Positions 36,925 to 48,705 of a DNA stretch of 64,000 nt are shown piece after piece. The notes beneath the pieces were generated by a model. That model saw nothing but the letters and a program-made list of their open reading frames with translations, made no database searches and was not told the origin of the DNA. Source of the DNA: Octopus bimaculoides (lineage: Eukaryota); assembly GCF_001194135.2 (NCBI RefSeq), contig NC_068983.1:149393208-149457207 (forward strand), in the 5' to 3' direction. Positions within the stretch are counted from its first letter, which is position 1. Every line of letters starts with the position of its first letter. A program made the translations under genes and the position numbers.

Positions 36925-37789
36925 GTAAGATACATGTTGTATATCTTAATATAATGATTAAATTGATCTTCAGGAAATTGTTTATTTATCTTCTTTATTT
37001 AAGTTAATAAAATATTTTAATGATTAACTTTACATTTCAAAGGCAAAATTGAAATTTTGTGTGTGTATGTGTGTAGGTTTATGTGCATACATTTTGAAAA
37101 TCCAACAAGTAAATTATAAAGGTGTTAATTTCTGTAATGTAACTTTATCTGTTATAATCAGATCTTTTTTTATTGGGGAAATTTAAAGAATAGTCAAAGA
37201 TTTATATATTAATTTTATAAACAAATTGTTATTGAATGAAATATTTTACTATAATAATATTTATTTCAGTAAATATACTATCAGTAAATCAACATACTCT
37301 TGGGGACGAAAGGTGTTACATTGAAGATACATAAAAAGAAAGTGGTGTTCGATCTATATTCAGCCAAATTAGAAGGGAAAATACAGTAATTAAAAAAAGT
37401 AATCACAAAAATATGCATAATCTTTTACTGGTTCCAGTCAGTGATTTGTAGCCATTGTATGGTATTATTATATGATACAATTTTAATTATTCTCTCAATT
37501 CTTAACTGTAAAAAAAATTGTCCTTTTTTTTTTCCTGTAGCAGACTTTGGAGTTCACTACTTTTAATTCAATCAATCAGATTTTAAATACTTTTTATTAC
37601 TCAATTTATTTTTATTGTACTAATTATGAAATTTTTTAAATACGTCTTTCATTTTACAAACTTTTTTATTTGTAAAAACTATCTAGCTATTATTTATTTG
37701 TTTTGAATTATAAAATGTATTGGGCTCATTTAAGATACAGGAATACATACTTATAAGAATATATTCATGCATATTAATGTACATATAAT

Positions 37790-37915
37790 ATAATGAACTT
37801 ATTGTGTACAACACTCAGGTGCACTACAACTCACCAGAAACAGTAACCAAAATTTCATGAACAGTACATAGAATATACACAGGAAGAGAACAGTGATAAA
37901 GTCTTTAAAAAAATA
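37790..37915 (-). mobile_element. CR1/L2-group LINE 3' terminal fragment
   Basis: AATAATGAACTTATTGTGTACAACACTCAGGTGCACTACAACTC...GAACAGTACATAGAATAT is homologous to 43510-43625. Confidence 0.75.
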
Positions 37916-38881
37916 TGTATATAACAATATCTACAAACCAATTGGACACATTTAACTCTTTGCTTGGTGTATCCTCAAAATTTATGCTGTAACACTCCTT
38001 TCAGCTTGGTGTATTGATACTTTTTTTTTTTTTGTTAGTTATAAACTATATTCTTTTAGCTAGTTACATGGTTTGATAATGATAGCATAGTTTTCAAATT
38101 AAGGAAGATCTCAAAGCCTCCAATTTCCACTCTCTTACAACGCTGGGACATCTCATTCAATTATCCAAAGAGATTTTAAATGGCTATTATCTGTTTTCAT
38201 TAGTCTGTTTGCATATTGCTTTTGTCTCAATGTGACATGAATAATGTTTCTGATGATGATGATTTTGTCAATGGTAGTGGTTGTTGCTGTTGTTTTGGAA
38301 GTGATGGACACAGAGATTACTTCATACAATAAAAACCTTAGTAAATATTTCTTTAATTAGTATTCAAAATAATCATGAAAAATCGTAATTCTTTCCAATT
38401 AAAACTGCTGGCATCACTCATCAGTGTATCGCCAGTAAAGTCAGTTGAAAATACCTAGCTCCAAATCTTTTTATGGTTCTATCTGGAGGAAAGGTCTGTG
38501 CCCATGTCTTTAGCAGGTCCTCCAAGTCTAATGCAATTGATTGTCTCTTTGATCTGTAACTAAAAGTTAATGATTTCAGAAAAAACAAGGGCAGAGAAGG
38601 AATTCTTGACAATCGATGTTCTGTAAAGTAATGATTAAACTTTGGGATTTGTGGAGGGCACAATATGGCTGATGAAAGGAGGAGGGACAAGTGAGTCAGT
38701 TTGACTTGGATAGAGATGGTACAAGACCAGCTCGATCAAAGGAATAGAAGCCACTGAAGTAATGAAGAGTTAGAGAGTGTTGATGGGCAACTTCATACTA
38801 ATCAGTTGAATGACCATACAAAGTTATATATTTTAATGAAATGTTTACCATTGAATATTTTACAATATACACAGATATATA

Positions 38882-39038
38882 TCATCATCATCATCATCAT
38901 CGTTTAACGTCCGCTTTCCATGCTAGCATGGGTTGGACGATTTGACTGAGGACTGGTGAAACCGGATGGCAACACCAGGCTCCAGTCTGATTTGGCAGAG
39001 TTTCTACAGCTGGATGCCCTTCCTAACGCCAACCACTC
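38882..39038 (-). mobile_element. Young RTE terminal module running into an assembly gap
   Basis: Near-exact reverse complement of 40230-40389. Confidence 0.9.
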
Positions 39039-40204
39039 NNNNNNNNNNNNNNNNNNNNNNNNNNNNNNNNNNNNNNNNNNNNNNNNNNNNNNNNNNNNNN
39101 NNNNNNNNNNNNATATATATATATATATATAATCTAAATAAGAAAACAAAGAAAGACTTTAGCACATTTTACAATTATTTCTGTACCAATTCTGCTTTCA
39201 ACATCAGTTCATACAAAAGTTCTGACTGAAATTTTGCATAATATTTACAGTTTTAAACATTAGAGTGACACTTCCTCAGACCTAGGGCCTGGGAACAGAC
39301 AGTGCACTTGCACCCTCTAAAATTTTGTTGGGGTGCAAAATTCAATATTGCACCCTCTACTTACCTTTCTCAGGATTAGAAAATAGTGTTTAAAAATTGA
39401 TCTGTAAAAAATTAGTTGAAGTTAGGTTTCTTCTCAAAATAAGAACATTAATAAAAAGAAAATCCCACCAAATCCCTAGAAAGATATATTACTGAACTAA
39501 AGCATCTTCAACATTAAAATTAACATTCTATATATATAACAACTGTGGCCACTCTCTCAATACTAGAACATTTGATGACCTATTAAACTTCACAATCAAG
39601 TGCCCTTCACAGTGTAGCTATCCATTTCCTCTGAATACCATAATTGACCCATCATCATCATTGCTATCATGTTCTACTGCTACTACCCTTACCACAACTA
39701 AACAATAGCAACAACAAGATCAGCATTGTAAGTCACTCATCAATACTGTAACAATTGATGACCTATTAAACAACACAGTCTCTAGCTCTTCTCCACACTC
39801 AGGACACTGAAATTCTTCTCAGAATAACACAAGAGATCCATCATCTCCATCATCATCCTCTTCTACTGTATCATTACCACAATTACTATTCCAATTCGTG
39901 AAGAATCACTCCTTTCTTCTCCCACTGTCCCCCTCAATCTGAGTGTATACCTGACAGCTCCATGATAAATCTGCCAACTGTAAATAAAAGAAAATTATGA
40001 ACACACAAAACTCTCCAAAATATGCTGCTATTCTTAGCATGAGAGACTATGCATACACAGTGACTGTAACTTTACCCATTTACCTGGGACAAGATGCACA
40101 ATTCCTACAAGCAATACCAACCAACGCCAAACCACACATCTTACAACACCACCGTCACCACCACCACCACCACCACCACTAAATGCTAAATCACACTTAA
40201 TAGT

Positions 40205-40389
40205 TTCTACACGTAAAAGCACCCACTACACTCTCGGAGTGGTTGGTGTTAGGAAGGGCATCCAGCTGTAGAAACTCTGCCAAATCAGATTGGAGACTGG
40301 TGTAGCCATCTGGATCACCAGTCCTCAGTCAAATCGTCCAACCCATGCTAGCATGGAAAGGGGACGTTAAACGATGATGATGATGATGA
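40205..40389 (+). mobile_element. Young RTE terminal module
   Basis: ACACGTAAAAGCACCCACTACACTCTCGGAG...CCCATGCTAGCATGGAAAGGGGACGTTAAACG(ATG)n. Confidence 0.9.
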
Positions 40390-40717
40390 CACATGTAACC
40401 CGGAATCCTAAAATCTATTGCTATCCCCAACCCAAAAGATTAAGTCTGATGTGTGACTGTCCCTTCACTCATCTTCCAGGGTTTCAATGCACTAGTAAAA
40501 ACATGACACCAAACCACCAAATCCACAGTAGAAACATCCCTTAAAGTGACAGTGTTGGTCCAGACTTTCATTGGAACCCAAAAGTCACCCATATATTTCC
40601 TGGGTACAATAGTAAAATCAACAGCTGCAAACCATATAACTAGAACCATATTCAACAGTGCAACCATACCAACTCCAGACAACAACCCCTCCCAAAAGAA
40701 GAAAATTCTTTTTTAGC

Positions 40718-41105
40718 AATGCTGGTATAGGTTGGTTGGATGGTTTGACAAGCTGACAAGGCCAGGAGCCACACCAGATTCCATTGTCTGTTTTGGCATG
40801 GTTCTACAACTGAATGCCCTTCCACTTTACAGAGTTCACTGGGTGCTTTTTATGTGGTACCAGTGCTTTTTAACATGGCACCAACTCCAGTGATTTTTAC
40901 ATGGTGCCAGTACCAGTGCTTCTTATGTGGCACCAGTACCAGTGCTTTTTACATGGCACCAGTACTGAGAGGGCCACCAAGTACTTTACACAACAAAAAC
41001 CTCTTGACTGAGAGTGGGGGAGTAATAGTTTTGAGTGGATGGGGATTTGTGCCATTTGAGAGACTTAGGGTATAGAAGGGACAGAGATAGGTGTCTTACT
41101 GTAGA
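40718..41105 (-). mobile_element. Old RTE 3' UTR with an internal tandem array of about 26-nt units
   Basis: Diverged terminal module, about five GTGCTTTTTACATGGCACCAGTACCA-like units (40842-40966), then purine-rich body. Confidence 0.75.
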
Positions 41106-41807
41106 GTAGAGAGAGAGACTTAGATTGTATGTACTAACTAGTGATACATTATTGTTGCTCTAGAAATACTTTTCTAAATGCCTTTGTAAATGCTTGCTGT
41201 ACACAGATATTTAGGATACAGAACTAATTTGAGTTTACATGTCACTGTACTTTAATATGGCAGCGGCATGAAAATATCTAACAGTAGTGGTTCTGTATAG
41301 AAAATAATAAGATTAGTGTCTACTTCTAGTAATGATAGCAACACTTCAATAAAGATAGTGCAGAAGTCTATTCAAAGCCCTCTCTGTGTATAATCATTCT
41401 ATCTATTTCACATTTTCCACTTTATAAAACTGTTATTTAAATATATATCAAGAGTCGTGACAGACAGATAGTATCAGCAATTGGAAAATCAATGGAAACA
41501 TTCCTCAGTTCAATTGAAAGATCGGCTGAGATGCAACCAAAGCTAAATATATGACATATATTTTAAAGAATTGTGTACAAGTTTACATTATTATAATACT
41601 TGACAGAATCTATTTTAAAAGCCAGTATATTCCACTGGAGTTTCACTTGGTTGATGCTTAACCTGAGTTTCTGTGAGATAAATCCCTCTGTCCAGATAAG
41701 AAACTTATATATCACAATTGTTCACATCATCTGGCACCTAACTTCCTTGGCAAAGCATGTTAAAGTAATAGAATGGTGAAGCTTGCCCAAAGATATCAAG
41801 CATTAGA

Positions 41808-41851
<44 letters not shown>

Positions 41852-42129
41852 ATGATCATTCAGTACACTGGAAATAACAGCCAGTTCCTTCTTAAATCAC
41901 ATTTCTGTCTTTGAAAGGATACCCACATTGAATAATGTAGTACTGATTATACTGTGAATTTACATATTATCAGAAACAAAACATACATAACTGATTCTCA
42001 TTGTTCTAATTAGTTGGGGTTTTTTTTTTTTTTCATATATACATTGTGTTTCAACATATGACAGATGCTACAAATTTAAATAAGTCAATGAGCTTATTTT
42101 AATTTATTTATTGTATCATCATCATTATT

Positions 42130-42900
42130 CTTCCAGCTCTTTATATTCTGAGTTCAAATGCTGTCAAGGTTGACTTTATCTTCCATCTTTTCAAAATCAG
42201 TAAATCAACTTCTTGCTGAGCACTGAGGTCAATGTAATCAACTTCCACCCCATTTCAAAACTGCTGGCCTTGTGCCAAAAATTAGTAAGAATTATCATTA
42301 TTATTATGCTCACAACAGATTAGACTGTTGGAAAATAAAAATTCCTAACATGGGGCTACAAGTAACCTTAGATGCTAAGAACCCTCCTAATTATCTTAGC
42401 CGTCCCTAATAATACTGTTCTCTGGAGCTGTACTAAACTGGGTTTATTATTGTTATTACTATCATCATCATCATCATAGCTAGCTGGAAAAATCATTTGT
42501 GCATTGGACAAAATGTTTAGTGAACTTTTTCTTTTGACTCTTTGCATTCTGAGTTCAAATTCTGCTGAGGTCAACTTTGCTTTTCATCCTTTCAAGATTG
42601 ATAAAATACATGCCAGTTGAGCATTGCAGTTAGTGTAATTGATTATCCTCCTGTTGCAAAATTTCAGACCATGTGCTTATAGTAGAAAGAATTATTATTA
42701 GTAGTAGTGTTGAATGACAGAATTAGTAGAATGGCATACAAAACTCTTTACATTCAGAGCTCAAATCCAAATGAGGTTGACTTCATATTTCATTTTTGAG
42801 GATTTTATAAAATAAGCACCAGTCAAGTACTGTGGTTAATATAATCAACTGTTTACTACTATAAATGTGTTGTCATGTGTCTATGTTATGAATCATAATT
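42130..42900 (+). mobile_element. Three head-to-tail SINE family B copies, with a Dong fragment between the first two
   Basis: ATTCTGAGTTCAAAT / ATTCAGAGCTCAAATC B-box-like motif at about 42147, 42546 and 42753. Each copy ends in an (ATT)n-like tail. Confidence 0.75.
42308..42443 (-). mobile_element. 5'-truncated R4/Dong-type LINE 3' end
   Basis: PSLVQLQRTVLLGTAKIIRRVLSI* plus a UTR closely similar to 47010-47135. Flanked on both sides by TAA/TGA-type trinucleotide repeats. Confidence 0.85.
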
Positions 42901-43269
42901 ATTATAGTATATATGTATGTATTTCTAAAGTTGAGGATAATATTTAATGACATTGATGAGATTTTAATGGCCTCTTCATAAAAAGTTTACAAGTAGTATG
43001 TTCATTTCTAAACAAATTATTTGCTTTAACATTATTTTTTTTTCTTTACTCATCAAGAAAAAACAATTTCTTGCTGTTAAAACATATTACTTGACGAAGT
43101 TATTTATTTACAAGTTCAGATAGAGAAATAATATTGGCAAGTATTTAAGAGAAAGTTGACTATGTTTGTTTGAATATATGCATGGATTACATATACTGGG
43201 TGAAATGATGCTCTGTGTTGGTGACAGAGAAAGACAGAAGAATTACTTATATAATAGTAATAATAATGA

Positions 43270-43490
43270 TAATAATAATCCTTTCTACTATAGGCACAAG
43301 GCCTGAAATTTTGTAGAGAGGGGAGTAGTCAATCATATCAATCCCGGTGTTTCATTGGTACTTAATTTACCGACCCCAAAAGGATGAAAGCAAAGTTGAC
43401 CTCGGTGAAATTTGAACTCAGAATGTAGCGACAGGTGAAATGCCTAGGCATTTCACCCAGCATGCTAATGATTCTACCAGCTTGCCGCCT
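43270..43490 (-). mobile_element. SINE family B, best-preserved copy (tRNA-like head), inserted in the (ATT)n tail of a CR1-group LINE
   Basis: Minus strand GGCGGCAAGCTGGTAGAATC (A-box-like) ... GAGTTCAAAT (B-box-like) ... CTTTCATCCTTTTGGGGTCGGTAAATTAAGTACC ... GCCTTGTGCCTATAGTAGAAAGG(ATT)n. Confidence 0.9.
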
Positions 43491-43515
43491 TAATAATAAT
43501 AATAATAATAATAAT

Positions 43516-44286
43516 GAACTTATTGCATACAGTGCATGGATGTACTACAACTCATCTGAAAAAGAAGTAACCAAAACTGCATGAACAGTACATAGAATAT
43601 GCACAGGGAGTGAACAGTGTATAAGTCTTAATAAAAAAATAAATAAAACAGAAGAAACGGTGGGGGGCATCGGGTGTACTGTTGGCAGATTTTAGGAAGC
43701 TCGAAAGTTTTGTAGGCTGTAGTGTCCTGACAGCTAACAACTGATGCAGGTAGTTTATTCCTGTGAAAAAATGTTTCCGAAAGTCATGGGTGTTGTGTTG
43801 TTTTTCTATTTTGTAAGCATGTCCACAAGTGTTAGACTTATGGAATTCAAAAAGGTGCCCAAGATTGTTGTTGGAAAGATGGTGGATAATCTTGTGCGTG
43901 TGTACCTAGTCAGTTGCCAGACATCGGAACTTTAATGTGTCCATACCCAGAGAAGCAAGATGTTTGGAGTATTGTAGATGCTTGATGGCAAGTATTTACT
44001 TGGTTGCCCGTTTCTGAACAGTTTTCAGGAGATTGATTCGCTGAGCAAGAGAGGGGTTCCAGACTAGTGATGCAAACTCTAAGTGTGGGTGTACTATAGT
44101 CATTTACAGTTTTAAATAGATACCTGGAGAGCAGCTGACAAAGGTGTTATGCTAAGACACCCTCAGTCTTCTTGTACAATCTTAGAGATGTGTTTTGTCC
44201 AATAATACCCACATCACATTCACTAACAGACTTCCTCGAGTCATTTGTGTGGCACAGAATTGAAGGTTTTTGCAAAGTGACTTTCC
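43516..44286 (-). mobile_element. CR1/L2-group LINE relic with a large internal deletion
   Basis: HFAKTFNSVPHK (DFAKAFDSVPH-like) is joined almost directly to TIVHPHLEFASLVWNP...VQKRATK...TCGHAYKIEK...FRKHFF. (ATT)n tail. Confidence 0.85.
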
Positions 44287-44559
44287 TTAATATCCTTTAT
44301 TTAAAAATTATCATAAGTGAGACCCATGGAAATTTCATACTTTATAAATGTTCGTATGTCTATTTAGATCAATCTTGATAACAATGTTTTATTATTATAA
44401 AGATTTTGACTGTCTTCAATCCCATTCCATAGTTAAGATTGTTTAAAGCATAAAGCTCAAACTTGTGTCTCTTTGATTTAGTTACATAGTTGTTAATAAT
44501 AATAATAAAAATAAGTGTTACTTTGATGGCATGCACTGCTCTCTCACTCAATAATGATG

Positions 44560-47160
44560 ATGATAATAAAGGAAGCTGCTAGAAATGACTAGCAAAGTAG
44601 ATTCTGTTATCAGTAGGATAGATACTAAAAATATAGGAGACACTAACTTATTGATTTATGCAGGAGGAGTAATAGTCACCAGAAGATCAGATATCTCACA
44701 GGGAAAGATTAAAAAAGAGCAAATGAGGAGAAGGAGAATTCAAAATAACATGAAGTAAGACAATATCTGATTAGAATAGAAACCTGGAAGTTAGGAAACA
44801 CAAGATGCAAATCTTCCTTCAAGAAAAGATACTTAGTCAAAGAGAAAGGATTTGGGACAGTAATAGAAGAGTTGAAACAGCATATCATAGCAGTAGCAGG
44901 CAAGCTCTCCAGTTATCAGAAAAGAATAGATCAGTATCAACAGAATAGATTATTTAGACCAGAGGAGATTTTATAACCAAATAAATAGTGGAGAATTAAG
45001 AACTGAAGATGAGAAACCTAATGCAGAAGAAGCTAGGAAGTTCTGGAGTAATATTTTGGATAAGCCTGTAAACCATAATGGAGATACAGTATGGTTAAAG
45101 AAGGTGAGGGAAGGAGTAGTGAGTGAGAAGCAACCAGATCTAAGATTAACTAGTGCATTAATGAGTAAAGTGTTAGGGAAAATGTCAAATTGGAAGGGCC
45201 CAGGACCAGATTTAATCCAAGGGTACTGGCTAAAGAAATTCAGTAGTTTACATGGGAGGCTGAGGGAACAACTTCAGGATTGCCTTAATGGAGAAATAAT
45301 ACCAGATTGGATGACTAGAGGGAGCACAATACAAATTATGAAAGATAAGAGCAAGGGTAGTACAGCTAGCAACTAAAGACCAATCCCTTGCTTATCATTA
45401 GTGTGGAAGCTGTTGACAGGAATGCTTTGACAACCAGAATTTACTATCAGAAGAGCAGAAAGGCTGCAAGAAGAAGGCTAGAGGAACACATCATCTATTA
45501 TATATAGACAAAGCAATTCTAAATGAAGTAAAAGCTAGAAAGAAAAATCTAACAACAGCATGGATAGATTATAGGAAAGCCTATGACATGATCCCACACT
45601 CATGGATAAGTGAATGTTTGAGTATATTCAGTATAGCAGACAACACAAGAGAATTAGCTGTAGCATGAAGAAATGGAAAGTAAATCTCTACTTGGGTGAC
45701 ACACTCTTTGGGAAAGTTAAATCAAAAGAGGAATTTTCCAGGGGGACTCATCCCCTTTAATATTTGTCTTATGTTTGGTCCCCCTCAGTTTAGTATTAAG
45801 GAAGGCAAAGGCAGGGTATCAGTTCAGAAATAGTAAGGGAAAATTAACCATTTGCTCCACATGGATGATCTGAAGCTTTTTAGTAAGAATTAAAGAGATA
45901 GATTCCTTAATGCAGACTGGGATTTGGCATAGATAAGTGTGAAATATTAGTTATGAGAAGGGAACAAGTAGCCAACAGTGAAGGCATCCAATTACCAGAT
46001 CGCCAGACATTAAAATCATTGAAAGGAGAAGAGATTTATAAGTATCTAGGAGTATTAGAATCTGACAGAGTACTAACAATGGAAATGAAAATTGAGAAGG
46101 AGTACCTCATAAGGATAAGGAAGCTAATGACGTCAAAGCTAAATGGTTCGAATCTAGTGAAGGCTGTAAATACTTGGGCAGTATCATTACTTAGATACTC
46201 AGCAGCTTTTGTAGAATGGACAAAAACTGAATTAGCAAAGTTAGACAGAACTAGGAAGGATTTCAATATGAATGGAGGACTCCACCCAAAGGCAGGAGTA
46301 GCAAGAGTATACCTACCCAAAAAGAAAGGCCAGAAAACCAAGAACCCAAATGAAGTTAAAAACCAGAAAAAAGAACTGAAATTATCTGACAGGCAGGAGA
46401 AGGTGAGCATGGTAGATTCCCAAAGATAGTTGCAGTAAATAGTACTGAGAAAGGAAAGCTGAAGAGGGAGACAGAAAATTTATTAGTAGCTGCACAAGAT
46501 CAAGCATTAAAGACTAATTGGATAAAAACCAAGATAGATTCCTAATGTAGATTATAAAGCATTACTTATATAGTAGATGAATGTAGCATGCCGGCACAGA
46601 AATAATACAAGAAAAGACATGACAATCTAGGAAGAGCAATCCATTGGGAGCTTTGTAACATACTGATAAATGGTATGAACATGAACCTAGTAAAGTACTA
46701 GAAAGTAAGAAATACAAGATGTTGTGGGACTTTAACATTCAGACTGACAGTAATAGAAGCTAGAAGGTCTGATTTGGTAGTAGTAGATAAAGAGAATAGA
46801 AAGTTGCAAATGACTACAGTCCCAAATGATGAAAAAATTAATATGAGAGGTATAGAAAAAAAATAGCAAAGTGCCAGGACCTAGCTATTGAATTACAGAG
46901 ATTATGGAAAGTGCAGGTAAATTGTATCCCAGTAGTTATAGGTGCACTGAGAACTATCCCTAAAGATCTGAACAGATGGATAGAGGAAATAGGCATAAAA
47001 CCCAGTCTAGTACAGCTCCAGAAAACAGTGTTATTAGGGACAGTTAGAATACTTAGGGAGTTTCTTGACATCTAAGGTTACTTGCTGTAGCCCAATGTTA
47101 GGATTCTTTTCTTTTCCAACAACCTAATCTGTTGAGTGTATATGAAAATAATAATAATGT
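44560..47160 (+). mobile_element. R4/Dong-clade non-LTR retrotransposon relic (RT plus restriction-like endonuclease), about 2.6 kb, multiply disabled
   Basis: VIEELKQ..IAVAGKLSSYQKRIDQYQQNRLF, KGPGPDLIQGYWLKKF, WIDYRKAYDMIPHSW, RGIFQGDS, HMDD (45858-45869), KYLGVLES, RRSDLVVVDK (RLE), PVVIGALRTIPKDL...LQKTVLLGTVRILR. (TAA)n tail. Confidence 0.9.
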
Positions 47161-47249
47161 CATAAAAGTAATATAAGATATTTACAAAGGGCACCAAGAG
47201 GGCCCTGAATAGCAAAACCAATGTAGCAGTGGACAAAAAGCAGTTCCCT

Positions 47250-47400
47250 ATTTACTTATATTTCTATATTCTGAGTTCAAGTCTTGCCAAGATTGACTTT
47301 AGCTTCCTAGATTGATGAAATATGCAACAGTTCAGTACAGGGAACATCTTAATCAACTGTATCATTCCTCAAAATTTTGTGAACTTAAGTTAAAAAATTC
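47250..47400 (+). mobile_element. SINE family B copy
   Basis: ATATTCTGAGTTCAAGTCTTGCCAAGATTGACTTTAGC...GATTGATGAAATATGC. Confidence 0.65.
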
Positions 47401-48587
47401 TTCCTGTTATTATTTGATGTTTTATTTGCTTTGGATGGAAACAGGATTGTGTTAAGCAACTACATTTTTTTAGCATCGGTGGAAACGTTATATGTTATTA
47501 ATACTTATGAAAATCTTATATTTATGATATTAATGTCATAGAGATCCACCTAGTTAGTTTGATTTTATCGGTTACAAGAATTTTTAAAAAATCAATTAGA
47601 AATAGTTGTTTATATTTTTTTTCATAAACTGTGAAAATTACTATTGAATGACTGACTTTCTTTAAACATCTAGAATTTATTTGTATGAATAGCTTCTCTG
47701 TGTTCACAGCTAAACACTGCTAGCATTGTACTTCTGCTAACAGAAACGATACTTAGGTTTACATTATTTCTTAGCTAACTTTTGAAATCTCACCTTCAGC
47801 TTGTCCTCATCCCATACTGTTCACCCCCAGCCCCAAACCTAACCTGTGTCTTTGCTAGCAACTTGATATTTGATATTTCAAAACTACACTCACCTTGTAA
47901 CTTAATAAAAGAAAAAATTCTGTTGTAATACTGATTCTCTACTTTCTTTTCTTTTATCTTGCATTTTTTATCTTATTTTTGTGAATTATTTTTTAATGTT
48001 TCCTTTTTTTTTGTTGTTGTTGTTGTTGTTGATGACTCATTATAAATATTTATGAATAAAATAACTAAATGGAGCTCATTGAATGTCATTTACTTTTAAT
48101 TCTGACCTTTTTATTCGGTGTAAGCGTCCCATTTCTTTGCGCCCTGATAGTCATCCTCCTACTTCTTCACACCCTTTATAGTTATTGGCCAGGCCAGTGG
48201 CTAAGTATTGTACTGCCACACTCCTCCTATTCTCAAATTGTCAACAGACTTGAGTTTCATTCTTTATTTTTTATTTTAACATTAGCAGTTTGCTGCTTTC
48301 CAGTGAAAGTTTCAAAACCATTTTAATTCCACTTGATGACTAATAGCACAGCTGTGTGAAGCTAGACAATTGCAGACCAGTGCATGCAGAAGACCACCTT
48401 TATTCTCTGCAGTTTCACCACTCATACTGTCAGTTGTCAACACTCTGAGCCAGTAGAGATTTTAATTTGGGAGAACATTGAAAACAAAGCAGACAAGAGC
48501 CACAGTTAGCATACAGAAAAACTAGAAGCTATTTTCGTTTTGATTTTGTTTTTTTTTTTTATGCTCCTAGATTTATTCCTCTTACAG

Positions 48588-48705
48588 ATTTGTTGCAAAA
48601 TATTGCAACTTTAAAATCAATTTTAATGCATTTCCCAAACAGACCTTCTCGATTTTTTAAAGGTGCAATGAATGATGAGGAAGAATACATGCTTTTGTTT
48701 GGTGG
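48588..48705 (+). CDS. Candidate coding exon (x)LLQNIATLKSILMHFPNRPSRFFKGAMNDEEEYMLLFG(G), unidentified protein
   Basis: Long poly-T tract plus ttcctcttacag| acceptor, GG|gtaatt donor, 118 nt with one fully open frame. No family recognised. Confidence 0.35.

Noticed and set aside
41452-41553. Protein-like open stretch SRDRQIVSAIGKSMETFLSSIERSAEMQPKLNI*
   Set aside because: Weak acceptor, short, no recognisable homology; within chance expectation.
45056-46429. ORFs of 106 and 158 aa as host genes
   Set aside because: Fragments of the disabled R4/Dong ORF.
48175-48195. Minus-strand CCAAT immediately followed by TATAAAG as a core promoter
   Set aside because: The motifs are only 3 nt apart, too close for a canonical arrangement, with no other support.
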